DNA of 64,000 nt from Macrostomum lignano. Its lineage: Eukaryota. This document shows positions 1 to 14,000 of this stretch, one piece after another (position 1 is the stretch's first letter; each line of letters starts with the position of its first letter). The translations under genes were made by a program, and so were the position numbers. Under the pieces are notes generated by a model that ran no database searches, had not been told where the DNA came from, and saw nothing but the letters and a program-made list of their open reading frames with translations. The stretch is from NCBI GenBank assembly GCA_002269645.1, contig NIVC01001991.1, positions 45,569-109,568 of the forward strand, written 5' to 3'.

Positions 1-894
1 GTATATTTCGTATAGCTTTTTTTAGTTGCGTATCGAAAATCATTGATACAGTACAGTAAAACAGAAACCATTGCTGATAAACTCTGTTTTGGCTTTCTAA
101 TCACTAAGGTAAAGTATGCCTACAGACTACATATATAATGCGTTTTTGCTAAATCAAACAGCCTAGCGAATTCTAATTGTCAAATAAACATCAGCGCTCT
201 CAACTCCGCCCCTGAACGTTTCTACACTCCAATAGATAATAACAAAAAAAAACAATTGAGACTTTTTGTTAAACTGAATAGACAGATTGCAGAATGTTTC
301 TATAGGATTGGCGCAGTTATATAGGATCAACTAATATCAACCAGATTTACCGAAATCAACTCTAGTGGAGCATTAGGGAGGGGACAGATGGCGCAGTTAA
401 ACAAACCTAAAACAAAAATAGCAGAATGATTGATAGTGGCTAACAAATTACATGTATAGAATGCAATTTACGAGACACATTACAAAAAAGTATTTTTTCT
501 AATAATTCAATCTAAGTAAAGCGACTTGACAATTTAATATTTATAATTCAGCATGGCTCTACAACTAAGCGTTAGAAAATTTAGCCATTACAAAATCAAT
601 ACGGGAAAGCAATTGCCTAAGCCTAAACCACTAAAAAGCGGCAAAAAACTTAGGGACTTATGAAAGCTAATTTTAATTTCTTTATAATATCAAATAATAC
701 CTGTAATATTATCGATAAATAAAAAATTAGTCATATAGAACAGGTTAAAAAGGCGTTATTAAAGTTGGTAGATTAAAAATATGAAGCTTAAAAAAGCACT
801 CAAGAAAGAAGACTCGATGCTGAAGTATGACCGCTACGTATTGCCAGATGCAATCTGATCCCTGATCTTTGTGCAAGTGATTGCGTGTATGGAA

Positions 895-1840
895 TATAGG
901 AATTTCCCAATCATGCTAATGGAATTTCCCAATGATGCTATAGGAATCTCCCAATGATGCTATAGGAATTTCCCAATGATGCTATAGGAATTTCCCAATG
1001 ATGCTATAGGAATTTCCCAATGATGCTATAGGAATTTCCCAATGATGCTATAGGAATTTCCCAATGATGCTATAGGAATTTCCCAATGATGCTATAGGAA
1101 TTTCCCAATCATGCTAATGGAATTTCCCAATGATGCTATATGAATTTCCCAATGATGCTATAGGAATTTCCCAATGATGCTATAGGAATTTCCCAATGAT
1201 GCTATAGGAATTTCCCAATGATGCTATAGGAATTTCCCAATGATGCTAATGGAATTTCCCAATGATGCTATAGGAATTTCCCAATGATGCTATAGGAATT
1301 TCCCAATGATGCTATAGGAATTTCCCAATCATGCTATAGGAATTTCCCAATGATGCTATAGGAATTTCCCAATGATGCTATAGGAATTTCCTAATCATGC
1401 TAATGGAATTTCCCAATGATACTAATGGAATTCCCAATCATGCTAATGGAATTCCCAATCATACTAATGGAATTTCCCAATCATGCCAAAGGAATTTCCC
1501 AATGATGTTATTTAATGGAATTTTCTATTGATGCTAATATGAAATTTTCTATTGATGCTAATATGAAATTTTCTATTGATGCTAATATGAAATTTTCTAT
1601 TGATGCTAATATGAAATTTTCTATTGATGCTAATATGAAATTTTCTATTGATGCTAATATGAAATTTTCTATTGATGCTAATATGAAATTTTCTATTGAT
1701 GCTAATATGAAATTTTCTATTGATGCTAATATGGAATTTTCTATTGATGCTAATATGGAATTTTCCATCGGTGCTAATATGGAATTTTCCATCGGTGCTA
1801 ATATGGAATTTTCCATCGGTGCTAATGGAATTTTCCATTG
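895..1840. repeat. Minisatellite, 22-bp unit changing to a 24-bp unit
   Basis: GGAATTTCCCAATGATGCTATA changes to GAAATTTTCTATTGATGCTAATAT after about 1510. Confidence 0.95.
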
Positions 1841-2090
1841 ATAAGAACGGATCTTCCCTTTAATTACTCGTATGCAAGAATTTTCATGTATCCCACTTTC
1901 TAAGTGGAATTCCCCGACCCCAAAAATGAAAAGTGCGGAAAAGAAACTAAAAAAACTAAAGAGAAGAGGAAATTAAAAAGACAATTCCGAACTCTGATCC
2001 TATCAGTTTCAAGCCGAAAGACAGCTCCCGTCGGACAACCAGATAGCGCTATTCTCAGTAGTTTTACACCCAGCCGCCAACGCGAGTGTC

Positions 2091-5000
2091 TCAAGCCTGA
2101 TAGGTGGACGAGGCCACCTGGCCGCCCCGGCCGGTCCAGTTGGTGTGCACGAACTTGCCAGGCTGGTCCATCAGCTCGTACTGGTGAGCGCCAAAATAGT
2201 CGCGTTGCGCCTGCAACAGGCTGGCCGGCAGCCGGCCGCAGCGGAAGCCGTCGTAGAAGCTGAGCGCGGCCGAGAACGCCGGACAGGGCACGCCGGCGGT
2301 GACGGCCGCGGCCAGACAGCGGCGCCAGCCGTCGTTAGCCTGGCGCATGACGCCTGAGAAGAATGGATCGAGCAGCAGACTATCCAGCTCGGGATTGCGC
2401 TCGAATGCGGTCTTGATGCGGCCAAGGAACTGGCTGCGAATAATGCAGCCTCCGCGCCACATCAAAGCGATGCCGCCTAGGTTTAGCTTCCAGCCAGTCT
2501 GAGCTGATTGCGTCTGCATCAGCATGTAGCCCTGGGCGTAGCTGACAATCTTGGAGGCGTACAGCGCCTGGTGAATGTCTTCGATGAACGCGGCCGGATC
2601 AGCTGGCCGAGGAGGTGCAGCGGATGGTCCGGGCAGGGTGGCGGCCGCGCGCTGTCGTTCGGCCTTATAGCGGCTCAGGTGGCGAGCGAAGACGGCCTCG
2701 GCGATGAGTGTCAACGGTGTGCCCGCGTGCAGACTGGTGACAACTGTCCACTTGCCTGCGCGGGACGGGTGGCGAGGATTCTCAGTGTAAATCGCTTCGG
2801 GCAGCGCAATATTAAAAAACCGCCTCAGCAATTGGAAAAATCGCCTCAGCAATTAGAAGAATCGCCTCAGCAATTAGAAAAATCGCCTCAGCAATTGGAA
2901 ATTCGCTTCAGCGATTAGAAAATCGCCCCAGCGATTAGAAAATCGCCCCAGCGAGTAGAAAATCTCCCCAGCGATTAGCAAATCACCCCAGAGATTAGAA
3001 GACCAGCCCCACTGACCAGTTCCCTTTTGTCCGGCACAGTCCAGAATCTTGTCCACGGTGTGCTTGCCGTCATCGTCACGATGCCGCAGAATGTCGGCCG
3101 TGATCTCAATCAGAAACGAATTCAGATCGCCATTGTTCCAACGGGTGAACACATCGGCCATTTCGTCGTTGCTGAGCCCGCAGACCTCCTTCATCAGGTG
3201 GTAAGCTTCGCAGATGAGCTGCATGTCACCATACTCAATGCCGTTGTGTACCTGATGAGGTTGGAATTTTTTTCGAACCTACACTTGTGTCAATAAGTAC
3301 ACAGGACTAGCACTGCCAGCACTATCTGAGCACCCAAGTCACACTGAACCAGCACTATCTGAGCACCCAAGTCACACTGAACCAGCACTATCTGAGCACC
3401 CAAGTCACACTGAACCAGCACTATCTGAGCACCCAAGTCACACTGGACCAGCACTATCTGAGCATCCAGGTGAACCAGACCCAGCAAAGACCTAGCACTC
3501 AGACAAACACAGACCTAGCACTCAGACAAACACAGACCTAGCACTCAGACAAACACAGACCTAGCACTCAGACAAACACAGATCCAGCACTCAGACAAAC
3601 ACAGACCCAGCACTCAGACAAACACAGACCCAGCACTCAGACAAACACAGACCCAGCACTCAGACAAACACAGACCCAGCACTCAGACAAACACAGACCC
3701 AGCACTCACACAAACACAGACCTAGCACTCACACAAACACAGACCCAGCACTCAGACAAACACAGACCCAGCACTCACACAAACACAGACCTAGCACTCA
3801 GACAAACACAGACCTAGCACTCAGACAAACACAGACCTAGCACTCAGACAAACACAGATCCAGCACTCAGACAAACACAGACCCAGCACTCAGACAAACA
3901 CAGACCCAGCACTCAGACAAACACAGACCCAGCACTCAGACAAACACAGACCCAGCACTCAGACAAACACAGACCCAGCACTCACACAAACACAGACCTA
4001 GCACTCACACAAACACAGACCCAGCACTCAGACAAACACAGACCTAGCAGTCATACATACAGACCCCCTGCACTCAGACACACAGACCCCTGCACTCAGA
4101 CACAGATCTCAACAGAGCCTTAACCAGTCCGACTAACCATCTTAACGAAGTGTCCGGCGCCGCCCTCGCCGACCCAGTCGCAGCAGGGCTGGCCGTCCAC
4201 TTTAGCGCACACGGCCTGGAAGATTGGCCGAATTCTCGGCCAGGCGTCCGGATGACCGCCGGGCATCAGCGAGGGGCCGTGTCTGGCGCCCTCCTCGCCG
4301 CCGGACACACCGGAGCCGACAAATAGCAGACCGGCGGCTTGGCAGCGCTCGAAACGTCGCTATAAATATTTTATTAAGACAGAGAGACGGACATTTTAGG
4401 AAAATTTATAGGCATAAAATTATAAATTGATATCTTAGCAACGTACAGTAGAGTCATCGAACTCAGAGTTGCCGCCATCAATGATGATATCGCCTTTATC
4501 TAGCAAAGGAATCTGAAAAGTTAACGAATTTTATATTTAATCTTATTTAATGCGGGTAAAAATTAAAGCAATTAAAGATTACTTGATAAAAACCCAGATA
4601 GTAAAGGTATATAAAGCAGCTATAAAAGGAATCGCTCAGATAGACAAGTAATAGCTGTAGCCTGTAAAGAATCGCTCAGATAGACAAGTAATAGCTGTAG
4701 CCTGTAAAGAATCGCTCAGATAGACAAGTAATAGCTGTAGCCTGTAAAGAATCGCTCAGATAGACAAGTAATAGCTGTAGCCTGTAAAGAATCCCTCAGA
4801 TAGACAAGTAATAGCTGTAGCCTGTAAAGACCCACTCAGATAGACAAGTAATAGCTGTAGCCTGTAAAGACCCACTCAGATAGACAAGTAATAGCTGTAG
4901 CCTGTAAAGACCCACTCAGATAGACAAGGGGTAGATGTAGCCTGTAAAGACCCGCTCAGATAGACAAGGGGTAGATGTAGCCTCTAAAGACCCGCTCAGA

Positions 5001-8000
5001 TAGACAAGGGGTAGATGTAGCCTGTAAAGACCCGCTCAGATAGACAAGGGGTAGATGTAGCCTGTAAAGACCCGCTCAGATAGACAAGGGTAGATGTAGC
5101 CTGTAAAGACCCGCTCAGATAGTCAAGGGGTAGATGTAGCCTGTAAAGACCCGCTCAGATAGACAAGGGGTAGATGTAGCCAGTAAAGACCCGCTCAGAT
5201 AGTCAAGGGGTAGATGTAGCCTGTAAAGACCCGCTCAGATAGACAAGGGGTAGATGTAGCCTGTAAAGACCCGCTCAGATAGTCAAGGGGTAGATGTAGC
5301 CTCTAAAGACCCGCTCAGATAGACAAGGGGTAGATGTAGCCTGTAAAGACCCGCTCAGATAGACAAGGGGTAGATGTAGCCTGTAAAGACCCGCTCAGAT
5401 AGTCAAGGGGTAGATGTAGCCTCTAAAGACCCGCTCAGATAGTCAAGGGGTAGATGTAGCCTGTAAAGACCCGCTCAGATAGACAAGGGGTAGATGTAGC
5501 CTGTAAAGACCCGCTCAGATAGACAAGGGTAGATGTAGCCCTGTAAAGAATCGGAACTGCTTACCAAGCTATCAATAAAGTCGTCAACAGGCTTGCCAGC
5601 CTGCACCAGCAACATGACAGCGCGCGGTTTTTTCAATAACTTGACGAACTCCTCCAACGAATGGGCACCAACCACTTGAGTGCCTTTGGCCTCATTAGCC
5701 AGGAATCTATCCACTTTGGACACTGTTCGATTGAAGACGCCAACCTAGTTTTGATTGAAAATAAAATTTAAACAGTTAATTTAAGCAGGCGAAATGGCAG
5801 ATAAATAAAAAACCCGCAGATTTTTAACCCGCAAAATTCCAACCCCCGAAACTATTTTTCGCATGCATTTCTTAAATCTAAAGTCAAATGTCATTCCTAG
5901 GACACAAAATGGCTCTCTTTCTCTGCACTGTTATGCAAAGAGGTCCATGAAAGGTCCGAATGTAATAATCGGACCTCTTGGTCAGATGAGGTCCAAAACA
6001 GGAAATTGCAAAAATGGTTTCTTTAGTCCTAGAAATTGAAGGGTTAATGAAATTAAGTTGGATGAACCTTTTCAGAAAACAAATACTTTTGTGCGAGGGC
6101 AATCTGTACATTCCCTGAATCCAAGACCGAGCCATACATTTTAGCATCCGTTCTTTCCAGCAACACAATTAAAGGCGCTACAAAATTTGCTAGCAGCAAA
6201 AATTATGAAAACTCATGAAATGTATAAAAGAATAAAATAGTTTTCTCACCTAACTTACTAATATACTTTTTTGTTTAAGCTTTTTAAGTTTAAAATTGCA
6301 TGAAATGGGCTGAACAAAGTTACAATACTCGATACAAAACTCGATAGCTTTTGATATTATAGCTTGTGGCAGTGCATGAATAGTCATCACTCATCAGTGT
6401 ATCTTTCTTTCTCAGTTAATGCACCCTCTTTGAAACGTTAACTTGCTTTCCTATTGCTTGCCTTCCTGTTCCTATCCAATTGCTTAAATTGCTTGGCTTG
6501 ATCCAAGCTATAATTTTATTACTTTAAGGTCCTTAATTTCAAGACCTATTGTCCATAAGGCTTTTTACTAACCTAGGCCTATTTGAATTTACAAGTGCAT
6601 GCTTCTTCGTAAAATATGTAATTTTTCATGTCCCAATGTTTTAGCATGTATTAGCCATGTTAAGAAATACCACTCTTTTGGTCAGTCTTCTTTTGTATGC
6701 CCAGTAAAAGATTGCTTTCATTGCTGTAGTACTATAGAGGCACTTAGGCAGCATGCTCGTAGGAAGCACTTAAAATTAAATATTCCTTCTACTAGTACTA
6801 ATGTCAATGAGGAAAGAGAAGACCCTAGTGAATCAGGTGAAGCAAATAATTCTGACCATCCTATTCATTTGCTGAATACTATAATAGATGAAAATAGAAA
6901 TAGGCCTAGTCAAATTCAAAAAGACCAAACTAGTGAGATATGTAGGGAAAACTTAAGAGTCCAGTTGGCAGAAAGTTTTGTACATTTTTATATAAAAACT
7001 AAAGATTTCTTATTGGTTCCAAAGTATAAAGCTATGCAAATAGGACAGTTAGTAAAAGAGTTATTATCTGATTTTGCAAATAGTTATTTGCAACTTTTTA
7101 AACAATATTTGAATGAACATTTTCCATCCTTAGCCTCACATAGAAGCCTTGAAGTATTAAATATTGAAGAAATGATAGACATAAGTATTGAGCATTTATT
7201 AAGTGATAGAAAATTATTAGAAATTCTTCTAAATCAATATAATTTAGTTCAGCCTATTGAATTTGTTGATTCTAATTTAAAGGTCAAGTTTCAATATGTG
7301 TCTATTAAGGAAACTATTGAAAGTATATCAAATAATGAATATATTTTAGATTGTTTACTATTGCCACCAAATCAAAATAACAATCCATTCTTTAAGTCTT
7401 CATATTATTTAAACTATATTTTACCATTATCTGATCATGCAATTTATTTAAAATTATATTCTGATGAAATAGAAGTTTGCAATCCTATTGGTTCAGCAAA
7501 GACTAAGCATAAATTGTATGTTATTTATTTTACTATTCTTAATATTTCTGAATCTTGGAATTCATCAACTAGTCTCTGTTTCCTAAATTTAGTTTGTACT
7601 GACAATATGGTCAAAAAGGCAGGTATTAACTTTTTTTTAGCACCATTGGTTAAGGAATTAAATGATTTATACTTAAATGAAGTAAAAATTAGCTTAACTA
7701 TCAAGTTACCTGTCATTGCATGCTTTTTTACTGGAGATAATTTGTCAATGCATGGTCTATTAGGTTTACAAAAATGTTTTTCAGGTGGCTATATATGTAA
7801 ATATTGTCTTAAAAAATATAATCAATTATGTGAAGTAAATTTGGAAGACTTGGGCTGCTTATTTAAATTTGATATGCGAACTCATTTATCAATTATTGAA
7901 TCATCTAGAAATCAATGTAATGGCTTTGTATCTAACCAATCTATATTATTTAATATAATGTATATTAATCTTCCTCTTTTTTTGCACCAGATATTATGCA

Positions 8001-11000
8001 TGATATATTAGAAGGTATGTCTCATCTTGTTGTTTGTCTAGTTTTTGAGTATCTAATAAAAACATTGGGTGAAAATATAGAATTTACTAGCAATCTTCGC
8101 CCCCCGATGGGGGACATCTAGATAGAATCTCTGTTCTCTACAAGTATCAATAAGATGGCCAAACAAAGCCTTCACATAGTCAATAGAAAACTGCTCAGAT
8201 GAAGTGCAATGCAAAAAGAAAACATCCTAAGACAGCAAGCATCCCCCCAGATAGCAAGCACCTCCAGATAGCAAGCATCCCCCCAGATAGCAGGCTCCCC
8301 CCAGATAGCAAGCATCACCCAGATAGCAAGCATCCTAGATAGCAAGCATCCCCTAGATAGCAAGCATCCCCCAGATAGCAAGCATCCCCCAAATAGCAAG
8401 CATCTTCCAGATAGCAAGCATCCCCCAGATAGCAAGCATCCCCCAGATAGCAAGCATCCCAGATAGCAAGCATCCCCCAGATAGCAAGCATCCCCCAGAT
8501 AGCAAGCATCTCCCAGATAGCAGGCACCCCCAGATAGCAGGCACCCCCAGATAGCAAGCATCCCCCAGATAGCAAGCACCCCCAGATAGCAGGCACCCCC
8601 AGATAGCAAGCACCCCAGATAGCAAGCACCCCAGATAGCAAGCACCCCCAGATAGCAAGCACCACCAGATAGCTAGCACCCCCAGATAGAAAGCACCACC
8701 AGATAGCAAGCACCCCCAGATAGCAGGCTCTCCCAGATAGCAAGCACCCCAGATAGCAGGCAACATGGTGGCTTTTTACTGTTAGACATGGTGGCTCTTT
8801 AATGTTAGACATGGTGGCTTTTTAATGTTAGACATGGTAGCTCTTTAATGTTCGGCATAGTAGTTCTTTAATGTTAGACATGGTGGCTCTTCTATGTTTA
8901 ACAATGTGGCTCTTTAATGTTTTACATGGTGGCTCTTTAATGTTCGACATGGTGGCTCTTTAATGTTAGACATGGTGGCTCTTTAATTTTCGACATAGTG
9001 GCTCTTTAATGTTAGACATGGTGGCTCTTCTATGTTTGACATGGTGGCTCTTTAATGTTCGACATGGTGGTCCTTTAATTTTTGACATGGTGGTTCTTTA
9101 ATGTTCGACATGGTGGCTCTTTAATGTTCTACATGGTGGCCCTTTAATGTTTGACATGGTGGCTCTTTACTGTTAGACATGGTGGCTCTTTAATGTGTGA
9201 TATGGTGGCACTTTAATGTTTGACATCATGCCAGATTTATGTTTGACATGGTGGCTCTTTAATGTTCGACATGGTGGCTCTTTTAGGTTTGACATGGTGG
9301 CTCTTTAATGTTCGACATGGTGGTTCTTTAATGTTCGACATGGTGGCTCTTTAATGTTCTACATGGTGGTTCTTTAATGTTCGACATGGTGGCTCTTTAC
9401 TGTTAGACATGGTGGCTCTTTAATGTTCGATATGGTGGCACTTTAATGTTTGACATAAAGTCACATATATGTTTGACATAAAGTCAAATATATGTTTGAC
9501 ATAAAGTCACATATATGTTCGACATGGTGGCTCTTTTTAACATCTGATATGGTGGCTCTTCTATGTTTAACATGGTGGCTCTTTAAGGTTCGACATGGTG
9601 GCTCTTTAATGTTCAAAATGGTGGCTCCTTAATGTTCTTCATGGTGGCTCTTTTTTGTTCGACATGGTGGCTCTTTTTTGTTCTACATGGTAACTCTTTT
9701 ATGTTTGATACAGTGGCTTTTTAATGTCTGACATGTTGGCTCTTTTATGTTTGACATGGTGGCTATTGTTTGACATGGTGGCTCTTTAATGTTCGAAATA
9801 GTGGCTCTTCAATGTCTGAAATGGTGGCTCTATTATGTTCGACATGGTGGCTCTTTTAGGTTTGACATGGTGGCTCTTAAATGTTTCACATGGTGGCTCT
9901 TTAGTTTTTAACATGGTGGCTTTTTGATGTTCTTCATGATATAGCTCTTTTATGTTACACATGGTGGCACTTTAATGTTCGACATGGTGGCTCTTTAATG
10001 TTTGACATAAAGTCACATATATGTTCGGCATGGTGGCTCTTAAATGTTTGACATGGTGGCTCTTTAATATTCTACATGGTGGCTCTTTTATGTTAGACAT
10101 GGTGGCTCTTTAATGTTTGACATAGTGGCTTTTTAAGGTTTGAAATGGTAACACTTTAATGTTTGACATAAAGTCACATATATTTTGACATGGTGGCTCC
10201 TAAATGTTTGACATGGTGGCTCTTTATGTTTGACATGGTAACTCTTTTATGTTTGATACGGTCGCTTTTTAATGTCTGATATGTTGGCTCTTTTATGTTT
10301 GACATGGTGGCTCTTTAATGTTCGACATGGTGGCTCTTTAATGTTCGACATGGTGGCTCTTTAATGTTTGACATGGTGGCTTCTAATTGTTTGACATGGT
10401 GGCTCTTTAATGTTCAAAATGGTGGCTCTTTTATGTTTGACATGGTGGCTCTTTTATGTTTGACATGGTGGCTCTTTTATGTTTGACATGGTGGCTCTTT
10501 TATGTTTGACATGGTGGCTCTTTTATGTTCGACATGGTGGCTCTTCTATGTTTGACATTGCGCTTCTTTGATGTTTAGCAGTTTTGTTGTGTTTTTAAGG
10601 TGTTTTAATAAAAAAAATCTTTTTGTACTACTAAGATTTGAACCCAGGTTGCTACATTAGCATTCCAGTCTGTTCGCATCAGGGCTATCTCTTTTCAATT
10701 GGAGAACATGAATTGTGGCCCTTATAATTCAATTCTTACAGCAAGTCAATCGGAGTAAAAAGTTATGACATAATCAATTTCTCAGTCAGCCAGTATCAGT
10801 CTCAATTTAAGTTAGCAATATGGTTACGCAATTTCAATCAAGTCGTGTGTGCATTTCTTCGGCACTGTTTTCAACTTGTTGTGATGCAATCTTTATCACA
10901 ATCGGAATTCAGTCAGTCAGTTTTTTCTCTAGCATTCTTACAATGCATTTCAAGTCGAAAATTTGGCTTGACCTTTGCAAAAAAGCATGTTTTTCGAATA

Positions 11001-14000
11001 TTTAATCCCTTTAACATTGAGCAATTTCTTAGCCAAGATGCATGTACTGTCCCAGGAAAATTTCTGTTCGAATGGTGCAAGTTTGAAGAAAATCGGTTGA
11101 GCCATTTTTTCTGAAATCTATCGCATAGCTACAGACATTTCATTTTTAGTATATTGGATTAATAAGCAAGTGTCCTATATTCCAAATATTTCTTTCCCAT
11201 CTATATCAAAGTATCATATTCAAAACTATCATTTGTCATGTACAGCAAGCCAAATGATGCATCTTTTACAATATTTTGGTCTTATTTTTGGTGAAAAGTT
11301 TGACAATTTAAGCTTTGATAATCATCCTCATGTTTGGGAATTGTTTTTAAATCATCGGCAATTTTCGGATATATTATTTAATCTAGTGCCATTAGAAAAT
11401 ACCAACAAGGATTATTTTAGATATTTGATTGCAACCCAAATTGAAGTGATATATAAATTAACAAATAATAATCCCAAGTATAAATGTAAATTGCATTATA
11501 TTTGTCATTATGTAGATATGTATTCTTGTTATAATGGGCTTTATTATCTATGGACTATGAGATCTAAAGCAGAGCACCAGGTTATAAAAGAAATAAGTAG
11601 ACATACAAAGAACTTTATTAATGTAGCTTATTCAGTATCCAAGAAATTTCAAGTAAAGAAGGCATTGATTATGAAACATTTTTTATATGTTGACCTTCAA
11701 TTTAATAAATCTGAAGCTATCAAGCTTGAGAATGTTCTTTCTATTCCTGATCAGTTAAAGCTAGCCGATAAGTTAAATATTGATATTAATAATTTGGGAC
11801 AGTTTTGTTTCTCTACAAAAGAACTTACTTATAAAGGTTTCTGCTATAAGGCTGCAATGCTAAGCAAAAGATATGTTATACCAATATATTCACCAAAGAC
11901 TATGTCATTCATTTTAGTAAGCTCTATCTTGCAGGTATCTAATAGGTGGGTAATAATTGGGAAAAAAGTTAAATCAACATTTTTCTATAACCAAAACTGC
12001 TTCTTATGTACTATTGAAAATGATGAAACACTCTTTGTTTTTCCAGGGGAATATTTATTTCATAAACCTATTCCATTGGTATTATTTAATGGCAATCAAT
12101 ATGCTGCTTTAAATTTCATGCCTATTTTTGAGGAAGATAATTGATAGAAGTTTTTATCTAGACAAAAAAGTTTAATGTTTATAGAATTAGCTAAGTTGGT
12201 CTTTCCTCAAGTGATTTCTTGAGTCCTTTGTTGCAATGTTATATGAAAATAAAAACCCCATAAATAGAACTAACAGGGCTTAAGGAATTTAAGGTAGAGA
12301 TCAATTTTATAATAAACATAATTTTATTAGTGTCATGTAGTAGTCTATTTTGACTCCATGACTTATAGACATTTTTCTTGACCTTGAGTGTCTTTGGCAT
12401 TGTCCATTTTATGAAGATTTCCCATGTGGTAGTCTGACAGACACTTGAATAAATAATTATGCTCTCTAGGTTCCAAAGCTGAAAGGCATGCTTGATGCTT
12501 GCTAAGCTAGCTATATGCATAGCTTTGAATTATTTTTATTTTTGTCTTTTCTTATTAAATTATCTCTTATTCTTTTTATGGTCTGTTATCTTTGATAACT
12601 TCCTCTAAATTTGATACCAAAAAAGGTTGCCAATCATAATAGCACAAACATTTTTATAATGGGCTTGTAGACTTGATGGCAGTTACTAGTTAAAGCTAGA
12701 TATCTCATTTCCTTGTATAGGGTATAGGCATCCAGTTAAATACTAGGAATTCCAGAAGGTTTCTCACCTTGGTGAATGTCTTCTTGCACAAATTCTTGAT
12801 AGTGTACATTGAAGCTCCTCATTTCTTGGAGTAATTGGAATGGGTTGATTCTTGTTTGATTTGTATCCTTGTTTACATGTCACGTCAAACTGTAATCTGA
12901 TGCATGTCAATGTCAAGGTAGTGTCTTTATGCTGCTCTCAAGGATATCTTTGTTGCATCATTGGGACCATTGGGACAGCCTAGGTAGATTTTGTCATTGA
13001 AAGAGTTACTTCTGGTTGTGTGCAAATGTTGTCAAACAGGGCAAGAGAGAGAGAGAGAGAGAGAGGGTGCTACAGGGCTCATGGATATTTTGTCATGACT
13101 AAGACAATCAAACAGAATGACAAAATACAAAACCATTACATTTTTCTACAATACAATACAATACAAAACAATACAATACAATACAACAATACAATACAAA
13201 ACAATACAATACAACAATACAATACAATACATTTTTCTTTTTCATATTTGCTTTAATATTACCCCATATATTTATTTCAGCTTCGAATCTGCAACAAAGA
13301 TAAAACCCAGCTTAAGCTGGTATGTGCATCTACTCTCCATGAATTGAAAATCCGAGGATGCGAAAAGCTGGGAATCGAATATTCTGCCTCAATTCATCTC
13401 GTGACACCAGGTGGACACGACATCGACGATGACGAATTTTTGCCAACTCTGTCTGCAGAAAAGTCTGAAATCATCTTTCTTCTGCCGGAGGAGTCCATTC
13501 GAGAAAATTTAAGGGAAGTCAATAGCAGCAACATTAGTTTTGACAATCAAGAAATGGCAGCAGCAAGCGAGCCGCAAGATCCTGAAAGACCGTTGCTTAA
13601 AAAATGGCCAACTGTTTACTCGCTTCCATCCATGCCCATACTATCAAAAAGTCTACAAGAAGTCCGCCAGAACTGCAGTAGCACAGATGTCGGGCCAAAG
13701 TATAAAACGAATGCAACCTTCGTCAACAATTTTTTGCGCTATATTATTAAGGATGTCTACGACAATTATAAGAACTGCGACGACCCGTATCTCACGTGCA
13801 GCCAAATAGAGGACATTTGCAAGGCCATTATAACGACGTACCCAGCGCTGAGCGATGCAACAGCTGATGGCACAGCATTTTGGCGTCAAAGGATCTGTCG
13901 CCGATTGAAGGAGTTCAGGTCTAAAATAGTCCCAGCCTGCAGCAGCCCACTTGTGCAGCAAATGCGGATGAAGCATGGCAGGAAGCGAAGGCATGCCGAG

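Larger units (their letters stand above)
6599..12144 (+). pseudogene. CACTA/EnSpm transposase (about 824 aa when restored), disrupted
   Basis: Pieces 6599-8086 and 11159-12144. N-terminal C2H2-like fingers, then [35 protein letters not shown] (after a frameshift in the T7 run 7977-7983), KLHYICHY and WTMR motifs typical of animal EnSpm transposases. Interrupted by a Helitron at 8087-11158. Confidence 0.88.

Noticed and set aside
781-858. Short ORF MKLKKALKKEDSMLKYDRYVLPDAI
   Set aside because: Too short, and I recognise no homology or supported splice context.
8016-11149. Spliceosomal intron (GTATGT...TTTTTAG) repairing the transposase
   Set aside because: It would be in frame but would delete the conserved helix after HDILEG. 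Helitron termini explain the interruption exactly. Occasional splicing cannot be excluded.
12239-13000. Third gene inside the CACTA element on the minus strand
   Set aside because: Only short broken frames (e.g. a lone HQGEKP-like word); no supportable domain.
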